DNA of 64,000 bases from an uncultured Bacteroidales bacterium (GTDB lineage: Bacteria > Bacteroidota > Bacteroidia > Bacteroidales > UBA3824): NCBI GenBank assembly GCA_946624925.1, contig CAMOSO010000040.1:1404-65403 (forward strand). The letters run 5' to 3'. A program made the translations under genes and the position numbers. Within the stretch, counting starts at the first letter, position 1; every line of letters starts with the position of its first letter. Shown here piece by piece: positions 46,690 through 57,343 of the stretch. The notes under the pieces were generated by a model, which saw only the letters and a program-made list of their open reading frames with translations, had not been told where the DNA came from and made no database searches.

Positions 46690-47192
46690 AAAAAGTAATC
46701 ATCATCGGGCCTTCGGGCAGCGGCAAAACCACTTTTTCTGTTGCGCTTCATAATGCAATGGGTTTGCCGCTGTATCATTTGGACAATATTTGGTGGAACG
46801 CAGACAAATCGCATATTTCACGTCCTGAATTTGACCTGAAACTCAGCGACTTATTGAGTCGTGATAGTTGGATTATTGATGGTGATTACAGTCGAACCTA
46901 TGAACCGCGCATTGCCGCCTGCGATACTGTTTTTTTCTTTGATTTCGACATCAATATCTGTATGGAAGGTCTTATTCAACGCCTTGGCAAACCTCGAAAA
47001 GATATGCCGTGGATTGATTATGAATTAGATCAAGATTTAGTCGCCCGCGTACATAAATATGAAATTGAAAACAAACCGGTATTGCTATCATTGTTTGCAA
47101 AATACTCTGGAAAGAACGTGATAGTTTTTAAGACGCGGAATGAGGCGGAGGATTGGATAAAAAAAATCGCCGATAATTTTTTGCCAAAATAA
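46686..47192 (+). CDS. Adenylate-kinase-like P-loop NTPase (FlaR/topology-modulation-like)
   Basis: 168 aa with IIIGPSGSGKTT and LYHLDNIWW. The start overlaps the upstream stop (ATGA). Confidence 0.7.
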   Translation: MKKVIIIGPSGSGKTTFSVALHNAMGLPLYHLDNIWWNADKSHISRPEFDLKLSDLLSRDSWIIDGDYSRTYEPRIAACDTVFFFDFDINICMEGLIQRLGKPRKDMPWIDYELDQDLVARVHKYEIENKPVLLSLFAKYSGKNVIVFKTRNEAEDWIKKIADNFLPK

Positions 47193-47203
47193 AAAAACAT
47201 ATA

Positions 47204-47211
47204 TACCTTTG
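47204..47211 (+). promoter_or_regulatory. -7 box TACCTTTG upstream of the TlpA-like gene
   Basis: Exact TAnnTTTG 35 nt upstream of the ATG at 47246. It is part of a 32-nt motif that recurs at 48378-48409. Confidence 0.45.
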
Positions 47212-47245
47212 CGCCACAATTAAACAATTAAAAATAATAAAAAAT

Positions 47246-48328
47246 ATGAAACACATCATTCTTACTCTTATCCTTGCCATTGTTGCCATGTCTGTACAGG
47301 CGCAGGTGAAATGCAAAGTCATTGGTACTGTTGCTGAGGGTACAACCCCAAAAGAACTTGTGATTTATCACGACGGCGAAGATCCCAAAAACAGTTCATT
47401 GCGTCCTGAAATAAAGGATGGGCATTTTGAGTGCGAAGTGGAGGATGCCCAAATAGAAATGTACAAGATTCTGGATTTCGGCGAACTTTTGGAGAAAGGA
47501 ACAACGGAAATAGGCGAATTTTTTGTTGAAGACGGTGCGACAATTAACATTCTATTTGACGGCGACGAAATTATCGTCAGTTCCACCGGCAAAGAATTTC
47601 AATCGAAGCAAACTATGCAGAAGGCCGCCGAAGACAAATTCAGTTCTGCATTTGAGTCTTTGGACGAATCAGACAGTGTAAAAGTGTCGGCACTTGAACA
47701 AGAATTGGCTCAATGGACGCTCGATTATTATGCTGCCCATCCCATGCTTGGCTTTCTGCTCGAACTCAGTGGACGGCTGCAAGGTTTTTATTTCATCGAC
47801 ACTGAACTTGCACCGATGCTCGACATCTACCATCAAAAATATGAAAATTTTTACCCTAACCATTCCGTACACCGCCGTATTGTCGAATTGGAAAACAGTG
47901 GTTTGCAAATTTGTGGACGCAAATACAACGATTACAACATTCGCACGATGGATGGAGAAAAAGTCAGCGCATCCGACTATTACAAAGGTCGTCTGACAAT
48001 TGTGGTTTGTTGGGCGTCGTGGTGTGCGCCGTGCATTCGTCACGCCTGCGAAATAATTCCGCTTTACGAAAAATATCACGAGCGCGGACTCAATGTTATA
48101 AGCATCGCGCACGAATTTAAATCCACCGATGATATGCGCAAAATCGTTGAACGTTATAAATTCCCGTGGCAATGTTTCGCCGATGTTGACGATGAATTTG
48201 GTGTGTTCAAGATGCACGGAACATCCAACAGTGCCTTGTTCCTTGTCAATTGCGACGGTATCATTATTGCTGTATCTAACAATGTTAACGAACTGAAAAT
48301 GAAACTCGTCGAATTTTTCGGCGAATGA
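47246..48328 (+). CDS. TlpA/AhpC-family thioredoxin-like thiol:disulfide oxidoreductase (secreted)
   Basis: 360 aa with a signal peptide and a C-terminal thioredoxin fold carrying WASWCAPC. Confidence 0.8.
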   Translation: MKHIILTLILAIVAMSVQAQVKCKVIGTVAEGTTPKELVIYHDGEDPKNSSLRPEIKDGHFECEVEDAQIEMYKILDFGELLEKGTTEIGEFFVEDGATINILFDGDEIIVSSTGKEFQSKQTMQKAAEDKFSSAFESLDESDSVKVSALEQELAQWTLDYYAAHPMLGFLLELSGRLQGFYFIDTELAPMLDIYHQKYENFYPNHSVHRRIVELENSGLQICGRKYNDYNIRTMDGEKVSASDYYKGRLTIVVCWASWCAPCIRHACEIIPLYEKYHERGLNVISIAHEFKSTDDMRKIVERYKFPWQCFADVDDEFGVFKMHGTSNSALFLVNCDGIIIAVSNNVNELKMKLVEFFGE

Positions 48329-48382
48329 AACCATTTGCTACAAAAAGACAATGGGCAATGTTTTTATTTCAAGGGAAATATA

Positions 48383-48390
48383 TACCTTTG
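48383..48390 (+). promoter_or_regulatory. Orphan second copy of the TACCTTTG -7 box plus leader
   Basis: It lies within the 32-nt repeat at 48378-48409. No plus-strand gene follows, and it points into the 3' end of the minus-strand reductase gene. Confidence 0.3.
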
Positions 48391-48422
48391 CGTTGCAATT
48401 AAACAATTATGGGTTGTAAAAA

Positions 48423-49487
48423 TCACACCCTTCCAAACGCCTTTATCAACTCATAAATCCGCTCAATTTCTTCGGGAATATAGATGTGTTGCGGGCAGTG
48501 TTTCATACAGTTGTGATGGGTGCAGGTGAGGCAGTGGTGATACGTTTCACGAAGATCCATATTGAGTTTGTTGATTGCCCAAAATTCTTTGCCGAGGTTG
48601 TAATAATTAAACTGACGAAATGATGTATGAATCTCGTGTCCGTGTGGACAGACGCACCGTTGACAGCGTGTGCAACCTATTGGTTCAAAGGTCTTTCGCA
48701 AACGCTGCAAAACCTCATCAAACGAAAAATGCAGCACCTTGTGTTCGTGTTCAAAGGCGATGGATTCCTGTTCAAAAGTGCCAATGCCCAAGAGTGCGCA
48801 CGAGAATGGATACTCCAAAATTCCGCCAATGAGTTCCGCCGGGGTGAATGGTCCAATCAAAAGTCCCGCCACATATACTTTGTTGAGTATCAAACCTTTA
48901 CCGCAAAATACAGATTCTTCTTTGATACGGTCTAACATACCACGTTCAAGAATGTTGCCACTGCCCTGCAACACGTCCACCCGCGAATCCAATGCGCCAC
49001 GGTGCAACACATTATAATAATGCGATGCAATGCCGGTAAAACCAATTTTTCCTTCACGTTTGAGGTCGTAGAGTGCATCGAGAGCACCGCCTTTGCCAAA
49101 CACCTCATCGGCATTGCTTTCGTCAACCTGATGCACAAAATAAATGTCGGGATTAGTGCCGAGATTGTCAATTGAGCGGATTACCTCGCGGTAGATGTCG
49201 CCGCCGCTGTAAAAACGTGCTTTGTCGGAAATGATGATTTTTTTGCGGTCGATGGTCTTGGCAAAAAGTCCGAGTTTATGCTCCGCGTCGCCGTATTCTT
49301 CGGAAATTGCGGTGTCGTAGAAATTGCAACCGTGGTCGTAAGCCCTTCGCATAATGGCGATTGCGGTCTCATTGTCGGGACTAAAATACGCCGGCAGCAC
49401 GGGCACCGACCCGCTCAAAATCGGTATCGTTCCAAAACCAAGTTCCGAGACACGAAGACCTGTATTTCCAAGAGTTCGGTAGCGCAT
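48423..49487 (-). CDS. Aldo/keto reductase with a C-terminal Cys-rich (Fe-S) extension
   Basis: MRYRTLGNTGLRVSELGFGT at the N-terminus and a C-terminal CTRCQRCVCP...CLTCTHHNCMKHCP. The ATG at 49487 is preferred over the GTG at 49505. Confidence 0.8.
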   Translation of the reverse strand: MRYRTLGNTGLRVSELGFGTIPILSGSVPVLPAYFSPDNETAIAIMRRAYDHGCNFYDTAISEEYGDAEHKLGLFAKTIDRKKIIISDKARFYSGGDIYREVIRSIDNLGTNPDIYFVHQVDESNADEVFGKGGALDALYDLKREGKIGFTGIASHYYNVLHRGALDSRVDVLQGSGNILERGMLDRIKEESVFCGKGLILNKVYVAGLLIGPFTPAELIGGILEYPFSCALLGIGTFEQESIAFEHEHKVLHFSFDEVLQRLRKTFEPIGCTRCQRCVCPHGHEIHTSFRQFNYYNLGKEFWAINKLNMDLRETYHHCLTCTHHNCMKHCPQHIYIPEEIERIYELIKAFGRV

Positions 49488-49577
49488 TTGATTATCATTT
49501 AACACTACAAAATTAAGTATTATCTGATAAAAAAATGCAAGATTATGTCAGAAAAATGTGCTTAGAAATCAACGCCC

Positions 49578-52500
49578 CTACCTCACATCCACGTACCTCG
49601 CCTCTTTGTTTCCAAAATAAAACCCACACACCGACGACATTGGAACCATCATTGTGCTTTCGGTGAGTTCAATTCCTGTGGCAGCGGTGGCATCTAAGAG
49701 TTTGAAAACCTGCACTTTCTGTTGATGATTGGGTGATGAGGGATAGCCGATGGCGGGACGGATGCCAGTATAATGACCTTTGATGAGTTCGTCGGGCGTG
49801 AGGCTCTCGTCGGGGGCGTATCCCCAATAGCGGGTGCGGACTTCGCGGTGGAGGTATTCCGAAAGGGCTTCTACAAGGCGGTCGGCAAGGAGTTTTTTCA
49901 TAATCGCCTTATAATCATCGTCTTTGGAGGTGTCGAGACCTATGCCCGTGGTGGCGGCAAACATTCCGAGATAGTCTTTTTCGGGCGAAATGAAGTCGGC
50001 AAGCGAGTAACAGAAACCGTCGTCGCCCGGCTTTTTCTGCCGTGGAAATTCAAAAGTTTCTATACAGTTTTGGCGCGTTTCGTCGGAGAAAAGTTTTACA
50101 AAATTGCCTTCGCTTTTGGCTGCAAATATCTGTAACACAGCGTTTGCCGAGGTGAGTTTTTGGTCGATAATTTCTTGAAGAATACGGCGGCCGTCTGCCA
50201 AAGTGGTGGCGGCATCTGGGGTGTTCTCCTTGATCTTCCACGCTATCAAAAACATCTTCCAATTGATGTACGGAACAAGAAGATTGAGGTCTATGTTGTT
50301 GAGTATCAAGCGGTCGAGCGTTTTGGGCGTAACGATATTGGAGAACTTCAATTTTGGCAAGTTGGTGTTTGTGGCGGACTCTGCAACAGGCTGAACGGCA
50401 GATGGTTCGGCGTTTTGACGTTGCAACTCCGCCTGACGTTTTTTGAGATTGTCTAAAAACTCCTGATTTTTCGTTATCAAAGCCGTTGCCACGTATGCGT
50501 TTTGCGATGCGTCTTTAACGTAACACACAGGTCCTGAATAGTTTGGAGCGATACGGACAGCGGTGTGAAGTTCCGATGTGGTTGCGCCGCCAATCATCAC
50601 AGGAATCCGCAATCCTGCCTTTTCCATTGCCTTAACAACGTTGATCATCTCGTCCAATGATGGAGTAATTAATCCTGAAAGTCCCACAGCATCAGCCTTT
50701 TGCGCAATAGCTTCTTCAACGATTTTTTCGGTGGGAACCATCACACCAAGGTCAATAACTTCAAAATTGTTGCACGCCATCACCACGCAGACGATGTTTT
50801 TGCCAATGTCGTGGACGTCGCCTTTTACGGTGGCCATAATTATCTTGCCCGACGATGCTCCGCCTGCGTTTTTCTCCTCGATTACAGGTTTTAGAATTTC
50901 CACAGCCTGTTTCATAACTCGCGCAGTTTTAACCACTTGCGGCAAAAACATCTTGCCCGCGCCAAACAATTCGCCAACGATATTCATACCGTTCATCAGC
51001 GGTTTTTCGATGATTTCCACAGGGTTGGGATATTTTTGGAGTGCCTCCTCGATGTCAACGGGCAGAAACTCTGAAATGCCTTTTTGCAGAGCGTACTGCA
51101 ACCGCTCCTCAACGCTCAGATGACGCCATTCGATGTCCTTTTCCACCTTTTTGCCCGAAGCCTTCGCCTTTGCAATTTCGGCGTATTCCACAAGCCGCTC
51201 GCCCGCCTCGGGGTCTTTGTTGAGCACCACGTCCTCCACTTTTGGGCGCAGTTCGGGGTCGATGTCCTCGTATTTAATCATTGCGGCGGGGTTTACGATG
51301 CCCATATCCATTCCCTCGGCAACGGCATAATGCAAGAATACCGAATGCATTGCCTCGCGCACAGGGTTATTGCCTCTAAATGAGAAAGATAGGTTGCTAA
51401 TGCCGCCGCTGATTTTGGCGTATGGAAGGTTGGCTTTTATCCACGTAACGGTCTTGATGAAATCCACGGCGTAATTGTCGTGATCGCTGATACCCGTTGC
51501 AATTGCCAAAACGTTGGGGTCGAAAATTATATCTTCGGGATTAAAATTGAGCCTCTCTGTCAGCAACTTATACGCACGGCTGCAAATCTCAATACGGCGT
51601 TCAAAGGTATCTGCCTGACCCTTTTCGTCAAAAGCCATCACCACCGTTGCCGCGCCAAATTTTTGAATTGTGCGGGCGTGGTCGAGGAATTTTTCTTCGC
51701 CCTCTTTAAGAGAAATTGAGTTGACTATCGCCTTGTCTTGCAAGCATTTGAGACCCGCAACAATTACATCCCACTTGCTCGAATCTATCATCACGGGCTT
51801 GATTGCCACGTCGGGTTCAGATTTCAAAAGGTTAAGGAAAGTTACCATTTCGGCTTTGGCGTCGAGCATTGCGTCGTCCATGTTAACGTCAATAATATCA
51901 GCGCCTTCCTCCACCTCCTTTCGGGCAATTTCGAGAGCCTCGTTGTAATTTTTTTCGTTGATAAGACGGAGGAATTTTCGCGAACCTGCCACGTTGCAAC
52001 GCTCGCCAACGTTAAAGAATGGCTTTTCTTTTTTGCTGACAATCAACGGATTGAGACCCGACAAACGCATTTCGTGTGGATTTTCTGGCACTCGGTGGGG
52101 CTTGGCGTTTGCAAGAATCTCTGCCATCTTGGCGCAATGCTCAGGCGTGGTGCCGCAACATCCGCCGATAATGTTTACAAGACCCTCGTCCAAGTACTCC
52201 TGAATCTGTTCTTGCATCATATCGGGCGTTTGGTCGTACTGTCCAAATTGGTTTGGAAGCCCAGCATTTGGGTGCGCCGAAATTCTGAAAACCGACTTTT
52301 CGCCAAGGATTTTGAGGTATGGTTTCAGGTCGCGTGCGCCAAACGAACAGTTTAAGCCGATGGTGAGCAAATCGATGTGCGAAACCGAATAAAGCAACGC
52401 CTCAACTGTTTGACCAGCAAGCGTTCTGCCCGATTTGTCGGCGATGGTTGCCGAAACCATTATCGGAAATTTGTCGATGTTACGCTGTTCAAGTTCTTGA

Positions 52501-53084
52501 TTTATAGCGTACAACGCCGCCTTTATGTTGATAGTGTCAAAACACGTCTCCACCAAAAAAATATCCACTCCGCCGTCCAAAAGTCCTCTAACTTGCTCAG
52601 TATAAGCCGCTACCATATCGTCGAAAGTTACCTCGCGAAAACCAGGATTGTTGACATCGGGACTCATCGAGGCGGTCTTGTTTGTTGGACCCATCGATCC
52701 TGCCACAAACCTCGGTTTTTGGGGCGTGGAATACTTGTCGGCGGTTTCACGGGCGTTTTTTGCACCGTTGAAATTTATCTCATAAACAAACTTTTGGGTA
52801 TTGTAATCAGCCTGCGAAATCGACGTACCATTAAAAGTGTTGGTTTCGATAATATCGCATCCGGCTTCCAAGTATCGTGAATGTATTTCCTTGATTACCT
52901 GCGGTTTGGTAATATTAAGAATATCGTTGTTGCCCTTCATTTGGTGCGTTACGCCAACGAACCTCTCGCCGGTGAAATCCTCTTCCGAAAGGTTGTATTG
53001 CTGAATAAGGCTTCCCATCGCGCCATCAAGAAGGAGAACGCGATGTTCGAGTTGCTGTTTTAATATGGTGTAGCGGTTTTGCAT
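49578..53084 (-). CDS. metH: Cobalamin-dependent methionine synthase
   Basis: 1168 aa with Hcy-, pterin-, B12- (GDVHDIGKN) and AdoMet-activation modules in canonical order. Confidence 0.96.
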   Translation of the reverse strand: MQNRYTILKQQLEHRVLLLDGAMGSLIQQYNLSEEDFTGERFVGVTHQMKGNNDILNITKPQVIKEIHSRYLEAGCDIIETNTFNGTSISQADYNTQKFVYEINFNGAKNARETADKYSTPQKPRFVAGSMGPTNKTASMSPDVNNPGFREVTFDDMVAAYTEQVRGLLDGGVDIFLVETCFDTINIKAALYAINQELEQRNIDKFPIMVSATIADKSGRTLAGQTVEALLYSVSHIDLLTIGLNCSFGARDLKPYLKILGEKSVFRISAHPNAGLPNQFGQYDQTPDMMQEQIQEYLDEGLVNIIGGCCGTTPEHCAKMAEILANAKPHRVPENPHEMRLSGLNPLIVSKKEKPFFNVGERCNVAGSRKFLRLINEKNYNEALEIARKEVEEGADIIDVNMDDAMLDAKAEMVTFLNLLKSEPDVAIKPVMIDSSKWDVIVAGLKCLQDKAIVNSISLKEGEEKFLDHARTIQKFGAATVVMAFDEKGQADTFERRIEICSRAYKLLTERLNFNPEDIIFDPNVLAIATGISDHDNYAVDFIKTVTWIKANLPYAKISGGISNLSFSFRGNNPVREAMHSVFLHYAVAEGMDMGIVNPAAMIKYEDIDPELRPKVEDVVLNKDPEAGERLVEYAEIAKAKASGKKVEKDIEWRHLSVEERLQYALQKGISEFLPVDIEEALQKYPNPVEIIEKPLMNGMNIVGELFGAGKMFLPQVVKTARVMKQAVEILKPVIEEKNAGGASSGKIIMATVKGDVHDIGKNIVCVVMACNNFEVIDLGVMVPTEKIVEEAIAQKADAVGLSGLITPSLDEMINVVKAMEKAGLRIPVMIGGATTSELHTAVRIAPNYSGPVCYVKDASQNAYVATALITKNQEFLDNLKKRQAELQRQNAEPSAVQPVAESATNTNLPKLKFSNIVTPKTLDRLILNNIDLNLLVPYINWKMFLIAWKIKENTPDAATTLADGRRILQEIIDQKLTSANAVLQIFAAKSEGNFVKLFSDETRQNCIETFEFPRQKKPGDDGFCYSLADFISPEKDYLGMFAATTGIGLDTSKDDDYKAIMKKLLADRLVEALSEYLHREVRTRYWGYAPDESLTPDELIKGHYTGIRPAIGYPSSPNHQQKVQVFKLLDATAATGIELTESTMMVPMSSVCGFYFGNKEARYVDVR

Positions 53085-53104
53085 TTGCTTGTTTTTTAAA
53101 TAAA

Positions 53105-53141
53105 TTGTAATAACTGTATTACGATTTTTATGTTATTACAA
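53105..53141 (-). terminator. Hairpin terminator after the four-helix-bundle gene
   Basis: Perfect 10-bp stem TTGTAATAAC/GTTATTACAA, followed on the minus strand by TTTATTT. Confidence 0.5.
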
Positions 53142-53156
53142 AAATCACATTAATAA

Positions 53157-53897
53157 TCAAATCAAACTTCTTGTTCCATTGCAATTGGGATATGCGGAAC
53201 AACTCCAAAATTCTTTTCCTGAATTAATGCCTTTTTTACACACACGTTTTATCATTGTTTTGCCGCATTTGGGGCATTGGGGAGCGTTGGTTTGGACACT
53301 TTGTTCCGCACGGAATGCAAGCCGCTCTGCCGTTAATGCCTCGGTAAAGCCGCCTTCTTCGCGGAATGTTTCCAACTGATTGGTTATTTGTTTTTTGAGC
53401 ATCATTATCAGACGATTGCAAAGTATTAATAGACAATTTGCTTCTATAATCGAATCGTTTGAACTTATCCATTGGTCAAATTTGTGTTTTTGACTCAAAA
53501 TATGAATACAACTCTGATGCTGAACGTCATCCTTGTAGTTAGGACGGTCAAGACGGATATAGGCAATTTTTTTGTATTCATCGGATTGTATTGACCATGG
53601 TATCTGTTCGTGAGCCATCAGCCAATTAATATAATCATTGGCTAACTCGGCTAAACTTGCCCGCGCAACATCGGTGAGTTTCATTTCGGTTTCTTTCGAG
53701 GTGGAATGGCGAGAATTGCCTTCCGCTATATTGGCAGGAACTGAACGCGCAGCTTGTGTCATTTGGTCGTACTGACGTCCGCAAGGGTCGTTGGTGCGAT
53801 TGAGATAACGGCGACAAAAATCTTGCGTGGTCAGTTGTATAACATTTGCCAACACCCACGTATCTAACCAATAATATCCGAAATTTGTTACTTCCAT
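53157..53897 (-). CDS. Four-helix-bundle (23S rRNA IVS-protein family) protein with a suffix domain and a C-terminal topoisomerase-type C4 zinc ribbon
   Basis: 246 aa with the NIAEGNSR motif of the four-helix-bundle family and a C-terminal CPKCGKTMIKRVCKKGINSGKEFWSCSAYPNCNGT. Confidence 0.65.
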   Translation of the reverse strand: MEVTNFGYYWLDTWVLANVIQLTTQDFCRRYLNRTNDPCGRQYDQMTQAARSVPANIAEGNSRHSTSKETEMKLTDVARASLAELANDYINWLMAHEQIPWSIQSDEYKKIAYIRLDRPNYKDDVQHQSCIHILSQKHKFDQWISSNDSIIEANCLLILCNRLIMMLKKQITNQLETFREEGGFTEALTAERLAFRAEQSVQTNAPQCPKCGKTMIKRVCKKGINSGKEFWSCSAYPNCNGTRSLI

Positions 53898-53935
53898 TTT
53901 TGCGCAGTTTTATTTGGCTGCAAAAGTAGTTTTTT

Positions 53936-54301
53936 TTAAGGAAATGACAAAATATCTTTCATCCCCTCCCGCTCCTTCTTACTCAGTTTCTTCACCACTT
54001 CGTCGTATGAATGGTCAACGAGTTCAAAAATTAACTTGTCGCTGGCGTCGGAGTTGAAGTGGGTTTGGTTCCAATATTTTTTGTTCCAATGGAATGCGCC
54101 TTCGATGGCGGAAAATTGTTCGCGGAGGTCGAGGGCGCGTTCGGGGTCGCATTTCATAGTTGCCATATCGGGACGGCTCATAGAAACTACGGCAAAAATC
54201 TTGTTGCAGACACGGAAAGTCAGCACATCGTCGTCAAAAGGGAAATCCTCTGTAACGTGCGGTTTTGAAAGGCAGTATTCGCGAAATTTTTCGATGTTCA
54301 T
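53936..54301 (-). CDS. MmcQ/YjbR-family protein
   Basis: The ATG at 54301 gives MNIEKFREYCLSKPHVTEDFPFDDDVLTFRVCNKIFA, typical of YjbR. The upstream 124 codons of the track ORF are AT-rich non-coding sequence. Confidence 0.8.
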   Translation of the reverse strand: MNIEKFREYCLSKPHVTEDFPFDDDVLTFRVCNKIFAVVSMSRPDMATMKCDPERALDLREQFSAIEGAFHWNKKYWNQTHFNSDASDKLIFELVDHSYDEVVKKLSKKEREGMKDILSFP

Positions 54302-54526
54302 AGTCGGGTGTTTTATGTTGAGGGCAAAGGTAAGAAATATTTTTGAGAAATGGCTCGGGATTTCGTGAAAAAACGTATAAAAAAGATGTTTTTTAATTCT
54401 TTGTTCAAAAGTTAAATGAATTTGTTGTGATATAATAATTGTGTTGATGCAGTTTTCGTATTTTTTCTGTGCATTTTTTTGCCACAAAACGTGAAAATGA
54501 TTTTTGCCTTTCTCGCAGATTTTTAT

Positions 54527-54534
54527 TAATTTTG
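54527..54534 (+). promoter_or_regulatory. -7 box TAATTTTG upstream of hemN
   Basis: Exact TAnnTTTG 11 nt upstream of the ATG at 54545, which implies a very short leader. Confidence 0.4.
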
Positions 54535-54544
54535 CGGTCTGAAA

Positions 54545-55921
54545 ATGGATAAGGCTTTGAAACAGAATATCATCGATAAATACAACGTACCTGTGCCGAG
54601 GTACACGAGTTACCCGCCCGCCAACTATTTTGCAGAGTTTGGCGAGGGGGACTTTCGCGATGCGGTCTTGCAATCAAACGGCACAAAAGACCGCAACCTG
54701 TCTTTTTACATACATTTTCCATACTGCCCGAGGCTGTGCCATTATTGCGCCTGCAATTCGTATGCAATGCCGCAAAACGTTGATGTTCAAAGATATATCG
54801 ACGCACTGCATAAGGAGATTGATATGATATTGCCACTTTTGGACAGCGACCGCAAAATCTCTCAAATCCATTACGGCGGCGGCACTCCTACAGCAATGCC
54901 TTTGACGGCAATTAAAGAACTTAATCAACACTTAATCAGCCACTTCTCAACGATTGAACGCCCCGAAATCGCCATCGAATGTCATCCCGGATATTTGGAC
55001 GCCGACGGATGGGAAAAATTGGCGGAGGCGGGCTTCACAAGGGTTAGCATTGGAATACAAGATTTTAATACTCAGGTACTTAAAACCGTAAACCGGAAAC
55101 CGTCGCTCCTCGGGATGGACGAAATTTTCCGAATCCTTCGCTCCCACAAAATCGGCATCAATCTCGATTTTCTCTACGGACTGCCGATGCAAACGCCCGA
55201 AAGTTTTTATGAGACTATCAGTCAGGCAGTTGCGCTCGCTCCTGATAGGCTTGTAACATTCAGTTATGCGCACGTGCCGTGGCTCAAAAAGGCGCAATTG
55301 ATACTTGAAAAAGCGGGACTTCCGGTTGCCGATGTCAAGGGAAAAATGTTTGACCAAGCCGCGCAACTACTTGCAAATGAAGGATATGTGCGCGTCGGAA
55401 TGGATCATTTTGTAAAACCTGATGACGAACTCAACATCGCTCTCCAAAATCACACCCTCCACCGCAATTTCCAAGGATATTGCACGCGGAGAACGACGGC
55501 GCAGGTGTATGCGTTTGGAGTTACGGGAATCAGCCAGTTGCAAATGGCTTACGCACAGAATACCAAGGACATAGCGGAATATATTTCGATGGTTGACGAG
55601 GAAAAAATCCCCGTAAAAAAGGGTTATAAACTCAATCATCAGCAACAAAAAACTCGCGACGTGATAGAATCATTGATGTGCAATTATTACATCGATTGGC
55701 GCGACATTGCCGAAAAATGGAATGTAAATGTTGACGAAATAAAATCCTCAACTGCCTACAATTCAGAGATTTTGGCGGATATGAAGAATGACGGGATTTT
55801 GGATTTTGGCGACAATACAATCAGGATTACCGCCGACGGCTCGCCGTTTGTGCGCAATGTTGCCGCCGCGCTCGATCCGCTGATGAAAAATACAACAAAA
55901 TCATTTTCAAAACCAATTTGA
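54545..55921 (+). CDS. hemN: Oxygen-independent coproporphyrinogen III oxidase (radical SAM)
   Basis: 458 aa with YTSYPPANYF and the CPRLCHYCAC (CX3CX2C) motif. Confidence 0.92.
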   Translation: MDKALKQNIIDKYNVPVPRYTSYPPANYFAEFGEGDFRDAVLQSNGTKDRNLSFYIHFPYCPRLCHYCACNSYAMPQNVDVQRYIDALHKEIDMILPLLDSDRKISQIHYGGGTPTAMPLTAIKELNQHLISHFSTIERPEIAIECHPGYLDADGWEKLAEAGFTRVSIGIQDFNTQVLKTVNRKPSLLGMDEIFRILRSHKIGINLDFLYGLPMQTPESFYETISQAVALAPDRLVTFSYAHVPWLKKAQLILEKAGLPVADVKGKMFDQAAQLLANEGYVRVGMDHFVKPDDELNIALQNHTLHRNFQGYCTRRTTAQVYAFGVTGISQLQMAYAQNTKDIAEYISMVDEEKIPVKKGYKLNHQQQKTRDVIESLMCNYYIDWRDIAEKWNVNVDEIKSSTAYNSEILADMKNDGILDFGDNTIRITADGSPFVRNVAAALDPLMKNTTKSFSKPI

Positions 55922-55922
55922 A

Positions 55923-57296
55923 ATGAAGACAGATATTTTGATAATTGGGGCTGGACTTACAGGCCTCACAACCGCCTACACGTTGGCATCCAAGGGCAAA
56001 AACGTCCAAGTTTTGGAGCGTATGGAACGTGCGGGCGGTCAAATCCACACTCACCAAGAGGACGGTTTCGTGTACGAAAGCGGACCAAACACCGGCTCGA
56101 TTTCAAACCCCGAAGTCGCCGAACTTTTTGACGAATTAGAAAAGATTTCCGGCGGCAAATGCAAGTTGGAAACCGCGCCTGACGCCGCCAAAAGGCGTTT
56201 GATATGGAAGGGCGACAAGTTTCACGCGCTGCCTTCGGGTCTTGGAAGCGCGATTTCGACGCCGCTGTTTACGCTCGGCGACAAGTTTAGGATTCTTGGC
56301 GAGCCGTGGCGCAAAAAGGGTGACAATCCCGATGAAACTGTTGGCGAACTTGCACGCCGCAGACTTGGAAAATCTTTTGTGGACTATGCCGTAGATCCCT
56401 TTTTGTCAGGGGTTTACGCGGGCGACCCAAACACTTTGGTAACACGTTACGCTCTGCCAAAACTCTACAATTTGGAGCAAAATTACGGCTCGTTTGTACG
56501 CGGCGCGATGAAGAAGGCAAAAGAGCCAAAAACTGACCGCGACCGCCTCGCAACCAAAAAAGTTTTTTCGGCTGTTGGCGGACTCAGCAACATCACAAAG
56601 GCAATGTCGGATTATCTTGGCGACCGCATCTCGCTGGGTATCAACAATCTGAAAATTACTCCATCGGGCAACGGCTGGATTGCGTCATACAACGACAAAA
56701 ATGGCAACGCTCAGAGCATCAACGCATTACAAGTAATAACAACTTGCGGTTCGTATGTTTTGCCGGATATTTTGCCGTTCATCGAAAAGAGCGAAATGGC
56801 AAAAATCAACAATCTCAAATACGCTCCAATGGTGGAAATTAGCGTTGGCGTCAAAAATACCAACGGTTTGGATTACAAGGCTTTCGGCGGACTTGTGCCA
56901 ACCTGCGAACACAAACAAGTATTGGGAATTTTGTTTCCATCGGCTTGTTTTGCGGGACGTGCGCCAGAGGAAGGTGCGCTGTTCACATATTTCATCGGCG
57001 GAGTCAAGCACGCCGAAATGCTTGAAAAATCGGATTCGGAATTGACTACGATTGTGGAGAATGTTTTTCACGAAATGTTAAAATTTCCATCAAAAGTCAA
57101 CCCCGATTTGATACGGATTTTCCGTCATCAAAACGCAATTCCACAATACGAAATCACTACGGGTGAGCGACTTGCAGCCGTAGAAAAAATGGAACAAAAA
57201 TTCCACGGGCTTCACATTGCGGGCAACCTCCGCGACGGAATCGGCATGGCACACCGAATCAAACAAGCACGCGACCTCGCACTGAAACTCACGTAA
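55923..57296 (+). CDS. hemY: FAD-dependent protoporphyrinogen oxidase
   Basis: 457 aa with the DILIIGAGLTGLTTAY dinucleotide-binding motif. It lies between hemN and hemE. Confidence 0.85.
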   Translation: MKTDILIIGAGLTGLTTAYTLASKGKNVQVLERMERAGGQIHTHQEDGFVYESGPNTGSISNPEVAELFDELEKISGGKCKLETAPDAAKRRLIWKGDKFHALPSGLGSAISTPLFTLGDKFRILGEPWRKKGDNPDETVGELARRRLGKSFVDYAVDPFLSGVYAGDPNTLVTRYALPKLYNLEQNYGSFVRGAMKKAKEPKTDRDRLATKKVFSAVGGLSNITKAMSDYLGDRISLGINNLKITPSGNGWIASYNDKNGNAQSINALQVITTCGSYVLPDILPFIEKSEMAKINNLKYAPMVEISVGVKNTNGLDYKAFGGLVPTCEHKQVLGILFPSACFAGRAPEEGALFTYFIGGVKHAEMLEKSDSELTTIVENVFHEMLKFPSKVNPDLIRIFRHQNAIPQYEITTGERLAAVEKMEQKFHGLHIAGNLRDGIGMAHRIKQARDLALKLT

Positions 57297-57343
57297 ATAC
57301 GCCGCCGCAAGGCGGTGAAACAACAATAATTGATGTTCAATAA

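Noticed and set aside
53085-53156. A possible cobalamin or SAM riboswitch upstream of metH
   Set aside because: Only 72 nt are available, and they are taken up by a simple 10-bp hairpin that fits a terminator of the upstream gene. That is far too short for a cobalamin or SAM-I aptamer.
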